DNA from: an uncultured Solirubrobacterales bacterium
GTDB lineage: Bacteria > Actinomycetota > Thermoleophilia > Solirubrobacterales > Solirubrobacteraceae
Assembly: GCA_963714115.1 (NCBI GenBank)
Contig: OY970232.1
Coordinates: forward strand, 3,625,997 to 3,689,996
Length of the DNA: 64,000 nucleotides
Direction of reading: 5' to 3'
Shown: piece after piece, positions 10,116 to 18,978 of the stretch
Numbering within the stretch: the stretch's first letter is position 1
How the letters are laid out: every line of letters begins with the position of its first letter
Position numbers and translations under genes: made by a program
The notes under the pieces: model-generated
Told to the model about the DNA's origin: nothing
Databases searched by the model: none
What the model saw: the letters and a program-made list of their open reading frames with translations, nothing else

Positions 10116-10484
10116 GTGAGCGCGTGGGTGTGGATCGGCGTGGCGCTGCTCGGCGGGGGAGGCGCTCTGGCGCGCTTCAGGCTCGACGGCGCGGTCGGCT
10201 CGGGCACGGCGAGGGGCGGCTTTCCGCTGGGCACCCTCGTGGTGAACGCGAGCGGTGCGCTGCTGCTGGGCCTGCTCAGCGGAGCGGCGCTCAGCGGCGA
10301 GGCGCTGGTGCTGGCGGGCACCGCGACACTGGGCTCCTACACGACCTTCTCCACCTGGATGCTCGAGTCCCAGCGCCTGGCCGAGGATGCGGAGGGCGGG
10401 CGCGCGCTGCTCAACATCCTGCTCAGCCTCGCAGCGGGCGTCGGCGCGGCCGCGCTGGGGCACACGATCGGAGCGGGGCTGTGA
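10116..10484 (+). CDS. crcB: Fluoride efflux channel Fluc/CrcB, copy 2
   Basis: GGGGALARF, FPLGTLVVNASG, LGSYTTFSTW; GTG start at 10116 inside ORF 9948..10484. Confidence 0.9.
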   Translation: MSAWVWIGVALLGGGGALARFRLDGAVGSGTARGGFPLGTLVVNASGALLLGLLSGAALSGEALVLAGTATLGSYTTFSTWMLESQRLAEDAEGGRALLNILLSLAAGVGAAALGHTIGAGL

Positions 10485-11557
10485 ACGAGGACTGCCTGAC
10501 CCTCACCACCTACTTTGGCGAGCGCGACCGCACACCCGATGGGTTGCTGGCGGATGAGCTGCTCGAGCTCTACGACGAGCGCTGCGTGGCGGCGAGCGTG
10601 CTGCTGCGCGGGGCGGAGGGCTTCGGGCGCCTGCACCACCTGCGCACCGACCGACTGCTGAGCCTCTCCGAGGACCTGCCCGTGGTCTCGATCGCGGTGG
10701 ACCGGCGCGAGCGGATCGAGGCGCTGCTCGAGCCGCTGCTGCAGATCAAGCGCCGGGGGCTGGTGACGCTCGAGCGCACCCGCCTGCTCACCGGCGAGAT
10801 CGGCGATGTGCAGCTGCCCGAGCAGCTACAGGAGGCCACCAGGCTGACGGCGTATGTGGGCCGTCGCGAGCGCATCGAGGGCCGGCCCGCGTTCATCGCG
10901 ATCTGCGAGCTGCTGCGCCGGCACGGAATCGCGGGGGCGAGCGTGCTGCTGGGCGTCGATGGCACCCGCGGCGGGCGGCGCCTGCGTGCGGGCTTCTTCA
11001 GCGCCAACGCCGAGATCCCCATGGCGATCGTCGCGGTGGGCTCCGGCGAGCGCATCGCCGAGGCGCTGCCCGAGCTCGGAGGCCGGTTGAGCGAGCCGCT
11101 GTTGACGCTGGAGCGCGTGCGGGTGTGCAAGCGCGACGGGCAGCTGCTGGCAACCCCCCACGAGCTGCCCGCCAGGGACGAGCAGGGACTCGAGCTGTGG
11201 CAGAAGCTGACCGTCTACTCCTCCCAGAGCGCCACCCACAGGAGTCGCCCGCTGCACCTCCAGCTGATTCGCCGCCTGCGCGAATCCGGCGCCGCCGGCG
11301 CCACCACCCTGCGCGGCATCTGGGGCTTCCACGGCGAGCACCCCCCGCACGGGGACCGCCTCATGCAAATCCGCCGCCGGGTGCCGGTCGTGACGATCGC
11401 CATCGACACCCCCGAGCGGATCGCGCGCGCCTTCGCGATCGTCGACGAGCTCACCGCCGAGCACGGCCTGGTCACCAGCGAGATGGTGCCCGCCCTGAGC
11501 GCCATGAGCGCCGCCGAGACCCGCGGCGGGCTGCGCCTCGCGCGGCATGAGTTCTGA
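10481..11557 (+). CDS. DUF190 (PII-like) protein with three tandem domains
   Basis: GTGA overlap with crcB; three units with LxxYxG/S...RG.xG(F)...LP(V)...(I)D; the usual partner of crcB pairs. Confidence 0.85.
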   Translation: MNEDCLTLTTYFGERDRTPDGLLADELLELYDERCVAASVLLRGAEGFGRLHHLRTDRLLSLSEDLPVVSIAVDRRERIEALLEPLLQIKRRGLVTLERTRLLTGEIGDVQLPEQLQEATRLTAYVGRRERIEGRPAFIAICELLRRHGIAGASVLLGVDGTRGGRRLRAGFFSANAEIPMAIVAVGSGERIAEALPELGGRLSEPLLTLERVRVCKRDGQLLATPHELPARDEQGLELWQKLTVYSSQSATHRSRPLHLQLIRRLRESGAAGATTLRGIWGFHGEHPPHGDRLMQIRRRVPVVTIAIDTPERIARAFAIVDELTAEHGLVTSEMVPALSAMSAAETRGGLRLARHEF

Positions 11558-11695
11558 TGCCTCAGACCCCGAGCGGGGAGCCGCTCGGTCAGGGGCACGA
11601 TCCGGTGAGTCGCGACCGCCGCCTCGCGGCGCGGGTCCGCACGTTCGCCCCCTTGCTCCCGGCTCGATTTGCGGCGGGTATAGTTCAGGGCTCGC

Positions 11696-11769
11696 GCGGA
11701 TGTAGCTCAGTTGGCTAGAGCGTCTGCTTGCCATGCAGAAGGTCGTGGGTTCGAGTCCCATCATCCGCT
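11696..11769 (+). tRNA. tRNA-Gly (GCC)
   Basis: Acceptor GCGGATG/CATCCGC, D-arm TAGCTCAGTTGGCTAGAGC, anticodon stem TCTGC-TTGCCAT-GCAGA, T-arm GGTTCGAGTCC, discriminator U; CCA not encoded. Confidence 0.96.
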
Positions 11770-11772
11770 CTC

Positions 11773-11803
11773 GGGAAAGCCCTGCTAATGCGGGGCTTTT
11801 CTC
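11773..11803 (+). terminator. Intrinsic terminator after tRNA-Gly
   Basis: aaagccctgc-taat-gcggggcttt hairpin followed by T-rich bases. Confidence 0.7.
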
Positions 11804-12194
11804 GTTAAGCGGCCTTGCGCTTGCGGTCTTCGAAGGCTCTATATCACCCAGTTCGCCCATATTCGCCCAATGGCCACCCTCGATGAGCGCGCGTAGCGGG
11901 TGGCCGCCGCTACGCGCACCGGAGGCGTCGGCTTCGCCTCCGTGTCCGCGCTGACGCGCGGAGAGCAGAGCAATCATCTCGTTAGCGGCCCTGATAGCGC
12001 CCCGCCGATCCGCAGGCCTGCGAGAGTAAGCTCCACGAGCAACGGGCGGCGCTGCCCGAAGCAGACCCACGCTCGGCGGCTCCGTCGCCTCCATGCGATC
12101 ATTGCCGTGTGCCAGAGAGCGGCAACACCCCAGACGATACGGCTGCCGTCCACATGGGCCGCAACCTTCGAGCAAGTGGCAGTCTTAACTGACG

Positions 12195-12923
12195 ATGCGC
12201 CAAATCGCGATACAAGCACTCTCCGTCTCGGTCTTGACCCTATGCATTGCTGGTCAGAGCTATGCCGCGCATGCAGTTGCTCCAATCCGTCAGTGCCCGC
12301 CCGCACATGCTCGTATCGTGCGGTCAGATAGGCAGGCGGTTATATACAAGGTCCGGGAATTCGCCACAGAAACCATGGAAACAGTTAATGGCGGCTACGA
12401 ACACTACCGAATACCTGTCACCGGGATACGAGGATGTGTGCGCGGGCGAATCCGTTCGTACAAGCTAGGGGAACCTTTTGCATTTAGTAGCTCATCACAG
12501 GGTGGAAGTGGCGGCGGCATCGGGAGCCTAGCGCTGGCTGGTGGTATGGTGGCGTTCGAAGAATCGCTAATAAACACCGGACCACCAGAAGGCGAACCAG
12601 TTGGAAACAATGAATGGAGGGTAGTGGTGCGTGATCTGCGCACCGGGGAGGTTGTGCACAAAGTGCCGACGGGCACACAAACGACTCCTAGTCCGAAGCT
12701 CGTCGGCGTTGGTCCAACAACGGCGATTGTGGTCAAGAGCGACGGGGCTGTCGCATGGATCGCCGAAGCCGGCGTGGGAAACTACGAGGTGTACGCGCTA
12801 GACAAGACCGGCAGCCGACTGCTCGCGTCTGGGGAAGATATCAAGCCACACGTCCTGGGGATCAAGGGCAGCCGCTTGTACTGGAAGCAAGGCGCCCAGA
12901 TGCAGTCGGCAGTGCTGAGCTGA
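12195..12923 (+). CDS. Secreted hypothetical protein
   Basis: Signal-like N-term (SVLTLCIAGQSYAAHA), beta-strand-rich body, one Cys pair; lower GC than flanks. Confidence 0.6.
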   Translation: MRQIAIQALSVSVLTLCIAGQSYAAHAVAPIRQCPPAHARIVRSDRQAVIYKVREFATETMETVNGGYEHYRIPVTGIRGCVRGRIRSYKLGEPFAFSSSSQGGSGGGIGSLALAGGMVAFEESLINTGPPEGEPVGNNEWRVVVRDLRTGEVVHKVPTGTQTTPSPKLVGVGPTTAIVVKSDGAVAWIAEAGVGNYEVYALDKTGSRLLASGEDIKPHVLGIKGSRLYWKQGAQMQSAVLS

Positions 12924-12933
12924 GGGATGGAGT

Positions 12934-13173
12934 TTGTGCTGTCCCGCAAGCGGGTGCGCGATTGGGCTCTTGATCGTGGCGATGGGTCTGGGCGGCTGTG
13001 GTGGAAAGAGCGCCGTGAAAACGAGCAGCTCAGCGCGCGCCCAAGTTTTGATGGAAACGGCCTATCGGGTCGGCCAGTACTGTCTGCTGAGTAGGGAAGC
13101 GAAGTATCGTGCCGAAGCGAAGTATCGTGCCGAAGGACTTGTATGTAAGAGGCATCACCTGGCGAGACGCTAA
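12934..13173 (+). CDS. Possible small lipoprotein with internal 18-bp duplication
   Basis: Lipobox-like LGGC after a hydrophobic run; EAKYRA-EAKYRA duplication. Short, start uncertain. Confidence 0.3.
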   Translation: MCCPASGCAIGLLIVAMGLGGCGGKSAVKTSSSARAQVLMETAYRVGQYCLLSREAKYRAEAKYRAEGLVCKRHHLARR

Positions 13174-13389
13174 TAGGTGACGCAGCAGAGACATCACGCA
13201 ACTTCCGGCGGCCTGTGTGGTTAGGACAAATGCACCGATGAACTGAGGGATACGGTCGAGCCGGTGCAAACGCATATGCGCCTGGCGAGACGATGACGCT
13301 CCACCAAACGGGGGGAGCCCACCCCCGCCGGCTAGTGCTCGCTTGGCAGTCCTGCCGGCTCCGCACTCGCGCGTTTTTCGCGCTTGCTG

Positions 13390-14307
13390 CTACCCCCGGT
13401 GCGAAGCCCGCTTCGCACCGCTTCCCTTCGCGCCGATCCACAGCGCAACGCGCGCCCCGTGCGCGAGCAGCTCCCCCGCCGGAGCGCCCTGGGCGCTAAC
13501 GCGCAGCGTGCCGTGGTGGTCGGCTGGTTGGTGGAGGACGCCGAGGCGGCAGTGTGCCTTGGCGAGCGCGCGGCGGGCGGCCACAAGCGTGTCGCCCTTT
13601 AGCGCGGGGACGCGGCAGGCTGGGTGTTCGGCTTCGGCTTCTTCTCGTTCGCTGCGTTCACGGGCGGCGGCTTCCTGTGCCTCCCGCTGCTCGGCCTGCT
13701 CGAGTTCGGCCGCTTCGGCGGCGAGCTGGGCGGCTTCTCGGGCTTTGGTTTCTTCGTGTTCTTTGGCTTGTTTGGCTTCGTATTCTTTGAGGGTCTTATT
13801 GGACTCTTCGTCTGAAAGATGGTTGTACCACTGGGGGACTTCGGCTGTGTTCTCTTCGTTTTTCGAGGCGGGGCATCCGTCGGGGCAGGCGCCGGGCGGG
13901 ACTTCGGGGACCGTGAATTCGCCGGGCCAGTTGGCTTCGCCGGCGGAGTTGTGCGCGAGAACGTCGAATCGATAGGAGCCGGGCGCGATGCCGGTGAGGC
14001 TGAGGGTGACGATGCGGGGTTCGTTGACGGCGGGAAGCGTCCCGGTCGCTGGCGAATAGCCCACTGGCGCACATGATGAGCACGCAAGCTTGACTTCGTA
14101 GCTGGTTTCGAGGCCCTCGGGGTTGATCTGGGCATTCACGGTCACCTGGCCGCCGATTCCCCACCCGGCAGTCACGATCTCGGGGGGCCTGCCTTCGGCG
14201 CCTGCCGCAGCGGACACGGGCACGAGGGCAGCGAGGATCGCGCCAGCGAGCACCAGACCGAAAAGGCTTCGAGCGTGCTGCGGGGTGTGCGCGGCTTGTC
14301 TGATCAT
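13390..14307 (-). CDS. Secreted protein with Ig/FN3-like region, charged helix and C-terminal PASTA-like domain
   Basis: Signal peptide from ATG 14307 (MIRQ...LAGAILAALVPVSAAAGA); NAQINPEGLETSY; C-term CRVPALKGDTLVAARRALAKAHCRLG. Confidence 0.7.
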   Translation of the reverse strand: MIRQAAHTPQHARSLFGLVLAGAILAALVPVSAAAGAEGRPPEIVTAGWGIGGQVTVNAQINPEGLETSYEVKLACSSCAPVGYSPATGTLPAVNEPRIVTLSLTGIAPGSYRFDVLAHNSAGEANWPGEFTVPEVPPGACPDGCPASKNEENTAEVPQWYNHLSDEESNKTLKEYEAKQAKEHEETKAREAAQLAAEAAELEQAEQREAQEAAARERSEREEAEAEHPACRVPALKGDTLVAARRALAKAHCRLGVLHQPADHHGTLRVSAQGAPAGELLAHGARVALWIGAKGSGAKRASHRG

Positions 14308-14364
14308 GATCCTGAGCTTCGGAATCACAGAGGGAGCCGTTGCCGGTGGCTTGGCGGCGTAGGG

Positions 14365-14433
14365 CGAGGCGTCGAGGTAGCCGCCGGCGGGGCCGGGGAA
14401 CACGAGGTCATCCTCGCCGGTGGTGCGCTCGCG
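14365..14433 (-). pseudogene. Short tyrosine-integrase-like fragment
   Basis: RERTTGEDDLVFPGPAGGYLDAS resembles the LVF...G.YLD.S segment preceding the HxLRH box of actinobacterial phage integrases; nothing else of an integrase is visible. Confidence 0.4.
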
Positions 14434-14452
14434 GGTCTTGCCCCTCTCCCGG

Positions 14453-15052
14453 TCACGTGTGGGGATCGGTGGAAGCAACGTTGCTGTTCGCATGGGTGGA
14501 GAGGACTTCGCCGTGGGCGTTCAGCCATGTGATGGTGGCGGGAAGCTCCGGGGTGGGGCCGGGGCTCGGCTGGCCCGAGCCATTGACGATCGGTCCGTCT
14601 GGCGCGGGATAGCCGTGGAATGAGAAGGTGTTCTCCGTCACGGTCTCGGTTTGGCTTGGATGGTCGCCGTAGTGCAGAACGACGCTGGCGACGCCATCGG
14701 GCACGAGCCCATACCCATCGAGGCCGACGCTCTCGAGCCAACGGCCCGACGTAAGCACGCTCGTGTCGGTGCAATCGCCTCCGCCACCATCGGCTTCGAG
14801 CCTCTCGACACAGATCAAGTTCTTGGCTTCGGTTGGCGTCGGAGCGCCCGCCTCCGAGTTGAATTGCGCCGGGCCGAATTCGCCGCTGGTGACGGTGTAG
14901 AGCAGCTGGTCCGGGAATCCGGGCGCGGGCGGGAGTCGCCGGATGTAGTTCGTGCGAATTCCGTGGATGCCCGAAAGCAGTGACGAGCCGATCGTCGCGG
15001 GGTCCACGGAGGCCCCCGGAGGCGGATCGCGCAGGATGCCCAACAGCGCGAG
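14453..15052 (-). pseudogene. Orphan C-terminal extracytoplasmic domain of a probable anti-sigma partner
   Basis: Begins abruptly at LALLGILRDP with no signal or TM segment; Cys pair and YGLVPDGVASVVLHY; abuts the truncated ECF sigma. Confidence 0.45.
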
Positions 15053-15404
15053 CTAACTCGATGTCACCATCGTCCAACGCGATAGGCGCGAGCCGCAGCT
15101 GACGACGCGCCACCTCGGCGACCACGTCGTGTCGGTGGCGATCGATCAACAGATGTCTCGCCGTGACCAGCAGCCACGCCGGCGGACTCTTGGGGAGACC
15201 ACGCCGGCGGTCGCGCACGATCGTGAGCAGTCTCGCGAAGGTCTCGGCGAGCAGATCGGCCGCGACCTCAGGCTCATCCACCCGACGAGCCAGAAAAGCC
15301 AGAACAACGGCATGGTGCCTGCGAAAGAACTCCCCGAAGCACTCCGCCTCACGGCTCCTCGCAGCGAGCAACAGCTCTTGGTCATCGCGGGCCATCGAGT
15401 CCAT
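15050..15404 (-). pseudogene. Truncated ECF sigma factor (region 2 only)
   Basis: SD aagggg + ATG; DQELLLAA...FGEFFRRH...VAADLLAETF...PAWLLVTARHLLIDRHR; similarity ends at DDGDIELAR with no region 4. Confidence 0.75.
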
Positions 15405-15534
15405 ATACCCCTTACACGAACGAGCAGGACCACTTGTGACCGCCACACGCCGGCGACTCCCGGCACCCGCCCCCGCGGGCGTCATCGGTATAGTCCCTGC
15501 GGCTCGCCAAGGCCAAGCCCACATAGGGGGGAAG

Positions 15535-17949
15535 TTGTCTACCCAAGCGCTGTCGCCCATCTCTGAGAAGCTCGCGTTCTATCGGCGCGCGGCCAACTAC
15601 ATCGCGGTGGCGATGATCTACCTGCAGGACAACCACTTGCTCGAGGAGCCCCTGAAGCCCGAGCACGTCAAGCACCGTCTGCTCGGCCACTGGGGGACCG
15701 TGCCGGGGATCAACCTGATGTACGCGGGCCTCAACCGCCTGATCCTCGACAACGACGCGAGCGTCCTGCTGGTCACCGGGCCCGGTCACGGGGCGCCCGC
15801 GAACCTCGCCAACCTGTGGATCGACGGGTGCCTCGAAGACGTCAAGCCCGAGATGAGCCGCGACCGCGAGGGCCTCGCCAAGCTCGTGCGCCTCTTCTCC
15901 TGGCCCGGCGGCTTTCCGAGCCACATCGCCCCGATCGTGCCCGGCACGATCCACGAGGGCGGGGAGCTCGGCTACGCGCTGGCCACCGCCTTCGGGGCCG
16001 CCCTGGACAACCCCGAGCTGATCGTGGCCTGCATCGTCGGGGACGGTGAGGCCGAGACCGGGCCCACCGCGGGCGCGTGGCACTCCAACAAGTTCCTCGA
16101 CCCCGCCACCTCCGGGGCGGTGCTCCCGATGCTCCACCTCAACGGCTACAAGATCGCCAACCCCACGATCTTCAGCTCGATGAGCGACACCGAGCTCACC
16201 AAGCTCTTCGAGGGCTACGGCTGGCACCCCCTGATCGTCCAGGGCGAGGACCTCGACGGCGAGCTCGCCGCAGCGCTCGACACCGCCCACGGCGAGATCC
16301 GCGAGCTGCAGAACGCCGCGCGCGAAGGCAGCCGGCCGGTGCGGCCGATCTGGCCGATGCTGATCGTGCGCTCCCCCAAGGGCTGGACCGGCATCCGCGA
16401 GCTCGACGGCATCCAGGTGGAGGGCACCTCCAAGGCCCACCAGGTGCCAGCCATGCAGGCCCGCACCAACCCCGAGCACCTGAAGGCCCTGGAGGACTGG
16501 CTGCGCTCCTACGGACCCGAGGAGCTCTTCGACGCGAGCGGCGGCCCCGCTCCCGAGATCGCCGCGATGTGCCCCACCGGCGAGCGGCGCATGGGCGCCA
16601 ACCCCCACGTCAACGGCGGGCGCATGCGCGTCCCCCTGAAGCTGCCTGAGCTCGGCAGCCACGCTGTCGCGCTCGATGAGCCCGGCGGCGCAACCGAGAG
16701 CTCGCTCGGCGCGCTGGGGGGATACTTGGGCCAGGTCTTCGTGCTCAACCGCGATGAGGCCAACTTCCGCGTCGTCTGCCCCGACGAGGTCGCCTCCAAC
16801 CGCCTCGGTGCCCTGTTCGAGGTCGAGAACCACGCCTACGAGTGGCCCGTCGACCCCGAGATCAACCCCGACTACAAGCCCGACGGGCGCATCATGGAGG
16901 TCCTCTCCGAGCACAACTGCCAGGGCTGGCTGCAGGGCTACGTGCTCACCGGCCGCCATGGGGTCTTCCCCTGCTACGAGGCCTTCATCCCGATCGTCGA
17001 CGGGATGGTCAACCAGTACGGCAAGTTCCTCAAGATGTCCCGCGAGGAGGCCCCCTGGCGCGAGCCGGTGGCCTCGCTCAACTACCTGCTCACCTCCGAG
17101 GGCTGGCGTCAGGACCACAACGGCTACTCCCACCAGATGCCCGGCTTCATCAACTCGATGCTCAACCGTCGCGAGGAGCACGCGCGCGTGTACGTGCCGC
17201 CGGACGCCAACACGCTGCTGGCCACCATGGACCACTGCCTGCAGGCCACCGGCTGCATCAACCTCGTGATCGGCTCCAAGCTGCCGCTGCCGCAGTGGCT
17301 CTCGATGGACGAAGCCCGCGAGCACGTCCGCGCCGGAGCCTCCACGTGGAGGTGGGCCAGCAACGGCGACGACGGCGAGCCCGACCTCGTGCTCGCCAGC
17401 TGCGGCACGATCCCCACGATCGAGCTGCTCGCGGCCGCCAGCATGCTGCGGGAGGACGTGCCGGACCTCAAGGTGCGCTTCGTCAACGTCACCAACCTGT
17501 TCGCGCTGGCGGCGCCCGGCAAACACCCCGACGCGATGTCCGCCGCCGCGTTCAGCGAGATCTTCACCACGGACAGGCCGGTGATCTTCAACTTCCACGG
17601 CTACCCCTCCGCCGTGCACCAGCTGATCCACCGCCGCCCCCAGCAGGAGCGCTTCCACGTGCGGGGTTACGCGGAGGAGGGCACCACCACCACCCCCTTC
17701 GACCTGCTCGCGATGAACGGCGTCGACCGCTTCCAGCTCGCGATCGAGGGCCTCAGCCGCGTCGACATCGCGATCAGCGACAACATCGGCGGCATGTCCG
17801 GCGCGTTTGCGGTGCGCAACATCGGCGGCGCCCAGGAAGCGATCGCCAAGTACCGCGCGCAGCTCGCCAAGTACCGCAGCTACGCCCGCGAGTTCGGCGA
17901 CGACTCCCCCGAGCTGACCAAGTGGTCGTGGACGGGATCCAAGGCGTGA
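15535..17949 (+). CDS. xfp: Phosphoketolase (Xfp/Xpk family)
   Basis: SD aggggg + TTG; YRRAANY...YLQDN, LLGHWGTVPG, GPGHGAP, HEGGELGY, GDGEAETGP, NGYKIANP, QDHNGYSHQ. Confidence 0.95.
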   Translation: MSTQALSPISEKLAFYRRAANYIAVAMIYLQDNHLLEEPLKPEHVKHRLLGHWGTVPGINLMYAGLNRLILDNDASVLLVTGPGHGAPANLANLWIDGCLEDVKPEMSRDREGLAKLVRLFSWPGGFPSHIAPIVPGTIHEGGELGYALATAFGAALDNPELIVACIVGDGEAETGPTAGAWHSNKFLDPATSGAVLPMLHLNGYKIANPTIFSSMSDTELTKLFEGYGWHPLIVQGEDLDGELAAALDTAHGEIRELQNAAREGSRPVRPIWPMLIVRSPKGWTGIRELDGIQVEGTSKAHQVPAMQARTNPEHLKALEDWLRSYGPEELFDASGGPAPEIAAMCPTGERRMGANPHVNGGRMRVPLKLPELGSHAVALDEPGGATESSLGALGGYLGQVFVLNRDEANFRVVCPDEVASNRLGALFEVENHAYEWPVDPEINPDYKPDGRIMEVLSEHNCQGWLQGYVLTGRHGVFPCYEAFIPIVDGMVNQYGKFLKMSREEAPWREPVASLNYLLTSEGWRQDHNGYSHQMPGFINSMLNRREEHARVYVPPDANTLLATMDHCLQATGCINLVIGSKLPLPQWLSMDEAREHVRAGASTWRWASNGDDGEPDLVLASCGTIPTIELLAAASMLREDVPDLKVRFVNVTNLFALAAPGKHPDAMSAAAFSEIFTTDRPVIFNFHGYPSAVHQLIHRRPQQERFHVRGYAEEGTTTTPFDLLAMNGVDRFQLAIEGLSRVDIAISDNIGGMSGAFAVRNIGGAQEAIAKYRAQLAKYRSYAREFGDDSPELTKWSWTGSKA

Positions 17950-18090
17950 GGATGTCGAGAGCGCGCGATGACGTGCAGGGATCGATGAGCGCAAACGCCG
18001 CGAGGGACCTATGAGCGCTGACGCCGTGCAACCGGCGGACGCCCATCTCATAGCCGGCGGGATTCGCCCGGCGAGGAGGTGGAGGAGCCG

Positions 18091-18978
18091 ATGAGCACGG
18101 ACGTCGCGCAACGGGCGGACACCCTCCTCCAGGCCGGTAACTACCGGGAGAGCCATGAGGCCGCCCTGGCGGGCCTCGCCGCCGCGCCCGATGACGTCGA
18201 GCTGCTCGTGCTCGCCGGGCGCGCGGGCGTGGAGCTCGATGCGGATGACGCCACCGAGCAGCTGCGACGTGCCACCGAGCTCGAGCCCGAGCACGCCGGC
18301 GCATGGCACCACCTGGGCGAGGCGCTCGCCACCGAGGGACGCATGGACGAGGCCAATGAGGCCTTTCGCCGCGCCGTCGAGCTCGACCCCGCCGACCAGG
18401 TGGCGCTCAGCCACCTCGGCCACACCTCAGCCGCCACTGGCCGCGAGGAGGAGGCCGTGGGCTACCTCAGCCAGGCCGCGCAGAGCTTTCGCGGCGCCTC
18501 CACCGCGGCGATCAGCCTGGTCGACATGTACCGCACGCTCGGGCACTACGAGGAGGCGCTGGCCCAGGCCCAGCGCATTGCGGAGGCCGAGCCCGACGAT
18601 CTGGTGGCCGCGCTCGACGTGGCCGAGCTCAGCCTCGAGGTCGGCCGCCTTGACGAGGCGGTGGCCGCGTTCGAGCGTCTGCGCGAGCTCGACGACGTGC
18701 CCGGCCACGAGGTCTACCCCCTGCGCGGGATGATCAAGGCCGAGATCCAGCGCGAGGAGTGGCAGCGCGCGCTCGCGCTCGCCCGCGAGACGCCGCTCGG
18801 CGACTCCCAGGGACGTGCGGTCAACCTGGTCGCCTTCCTCCAGGCCCAGAGCGGTGAACCGGCCGAGCAGGCGCCCCCGCGGGAGGAGGTCGACGCCGCC
18901 CTGGCGGGGTCCCTGGCAGAGTACCGGCGCATGCACGCCGACGATCGCCGTCTAGCCACGGAAGACCTCCTTGGCTGA
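18091..18978 (+). CDS. Tetratricopeptide-repeat protein
   Basis: SD ggagg + ATG; repeated TPR helices (AWHHLGEALATEGRMDEANEAFRRAVELDP); overlaps the acc carboxyltransferase start. Confidence 0.85.
   Translation: MSTDVAQRADTLLQAGNYRESHEAALAGLAAAPDDVELLVLAGRAGVELDADDATEQLRRATELEPEHAGAWHHLGEALATEGRMDEANEAFRRAVELDPADQVALSHLGHTSAATGREEEAVGYLSQAAQSFRGASTAAISLVDMYRTLGHYEEALAQAQRIAEAEPDDLVAALDVAELSLEVGRLDEAVAAFERLRELDDVPGHEVYPLRGMIKAEIQREEWQRALALARETPLGDSQGRAVNLVAFLQAQSGEPAEQAPPREEVDAALAGSLAEYRRMHADDRRLATEDLLG

Noticed and set aside
9512-11557. Link between the fluoride-export operon and the halogenase cluster
   Set aside because: Flavin-dependent halogenases do not use fluoride, and riboswitch-crcB-crcB-DUF190 is a common stand-alone unit separated from the cluster by the tRNA and island.
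11756-11769. attL/attR direct repeat of the tRNA-Gly 3' end
   Set aside because: I could not find a second copy in the window by eye, so island borders are not claimed.
11733-11954. 73-aa ORF MQKVVGSSPIIRS...
   Set aside because: Spurious read-through of the tRNA-Gly sequence.
15412-18423. 1003-aa minus-strand ORF and similar long antisense ORFs (18821-20098, 32442-33890, 38884-40770, 50712-52337, 52588-54456, 61128-62966)
   Set aside because: Shadow frames of well-supported genes on the opposite strand, expected at this GC content; no recognisable motifs.
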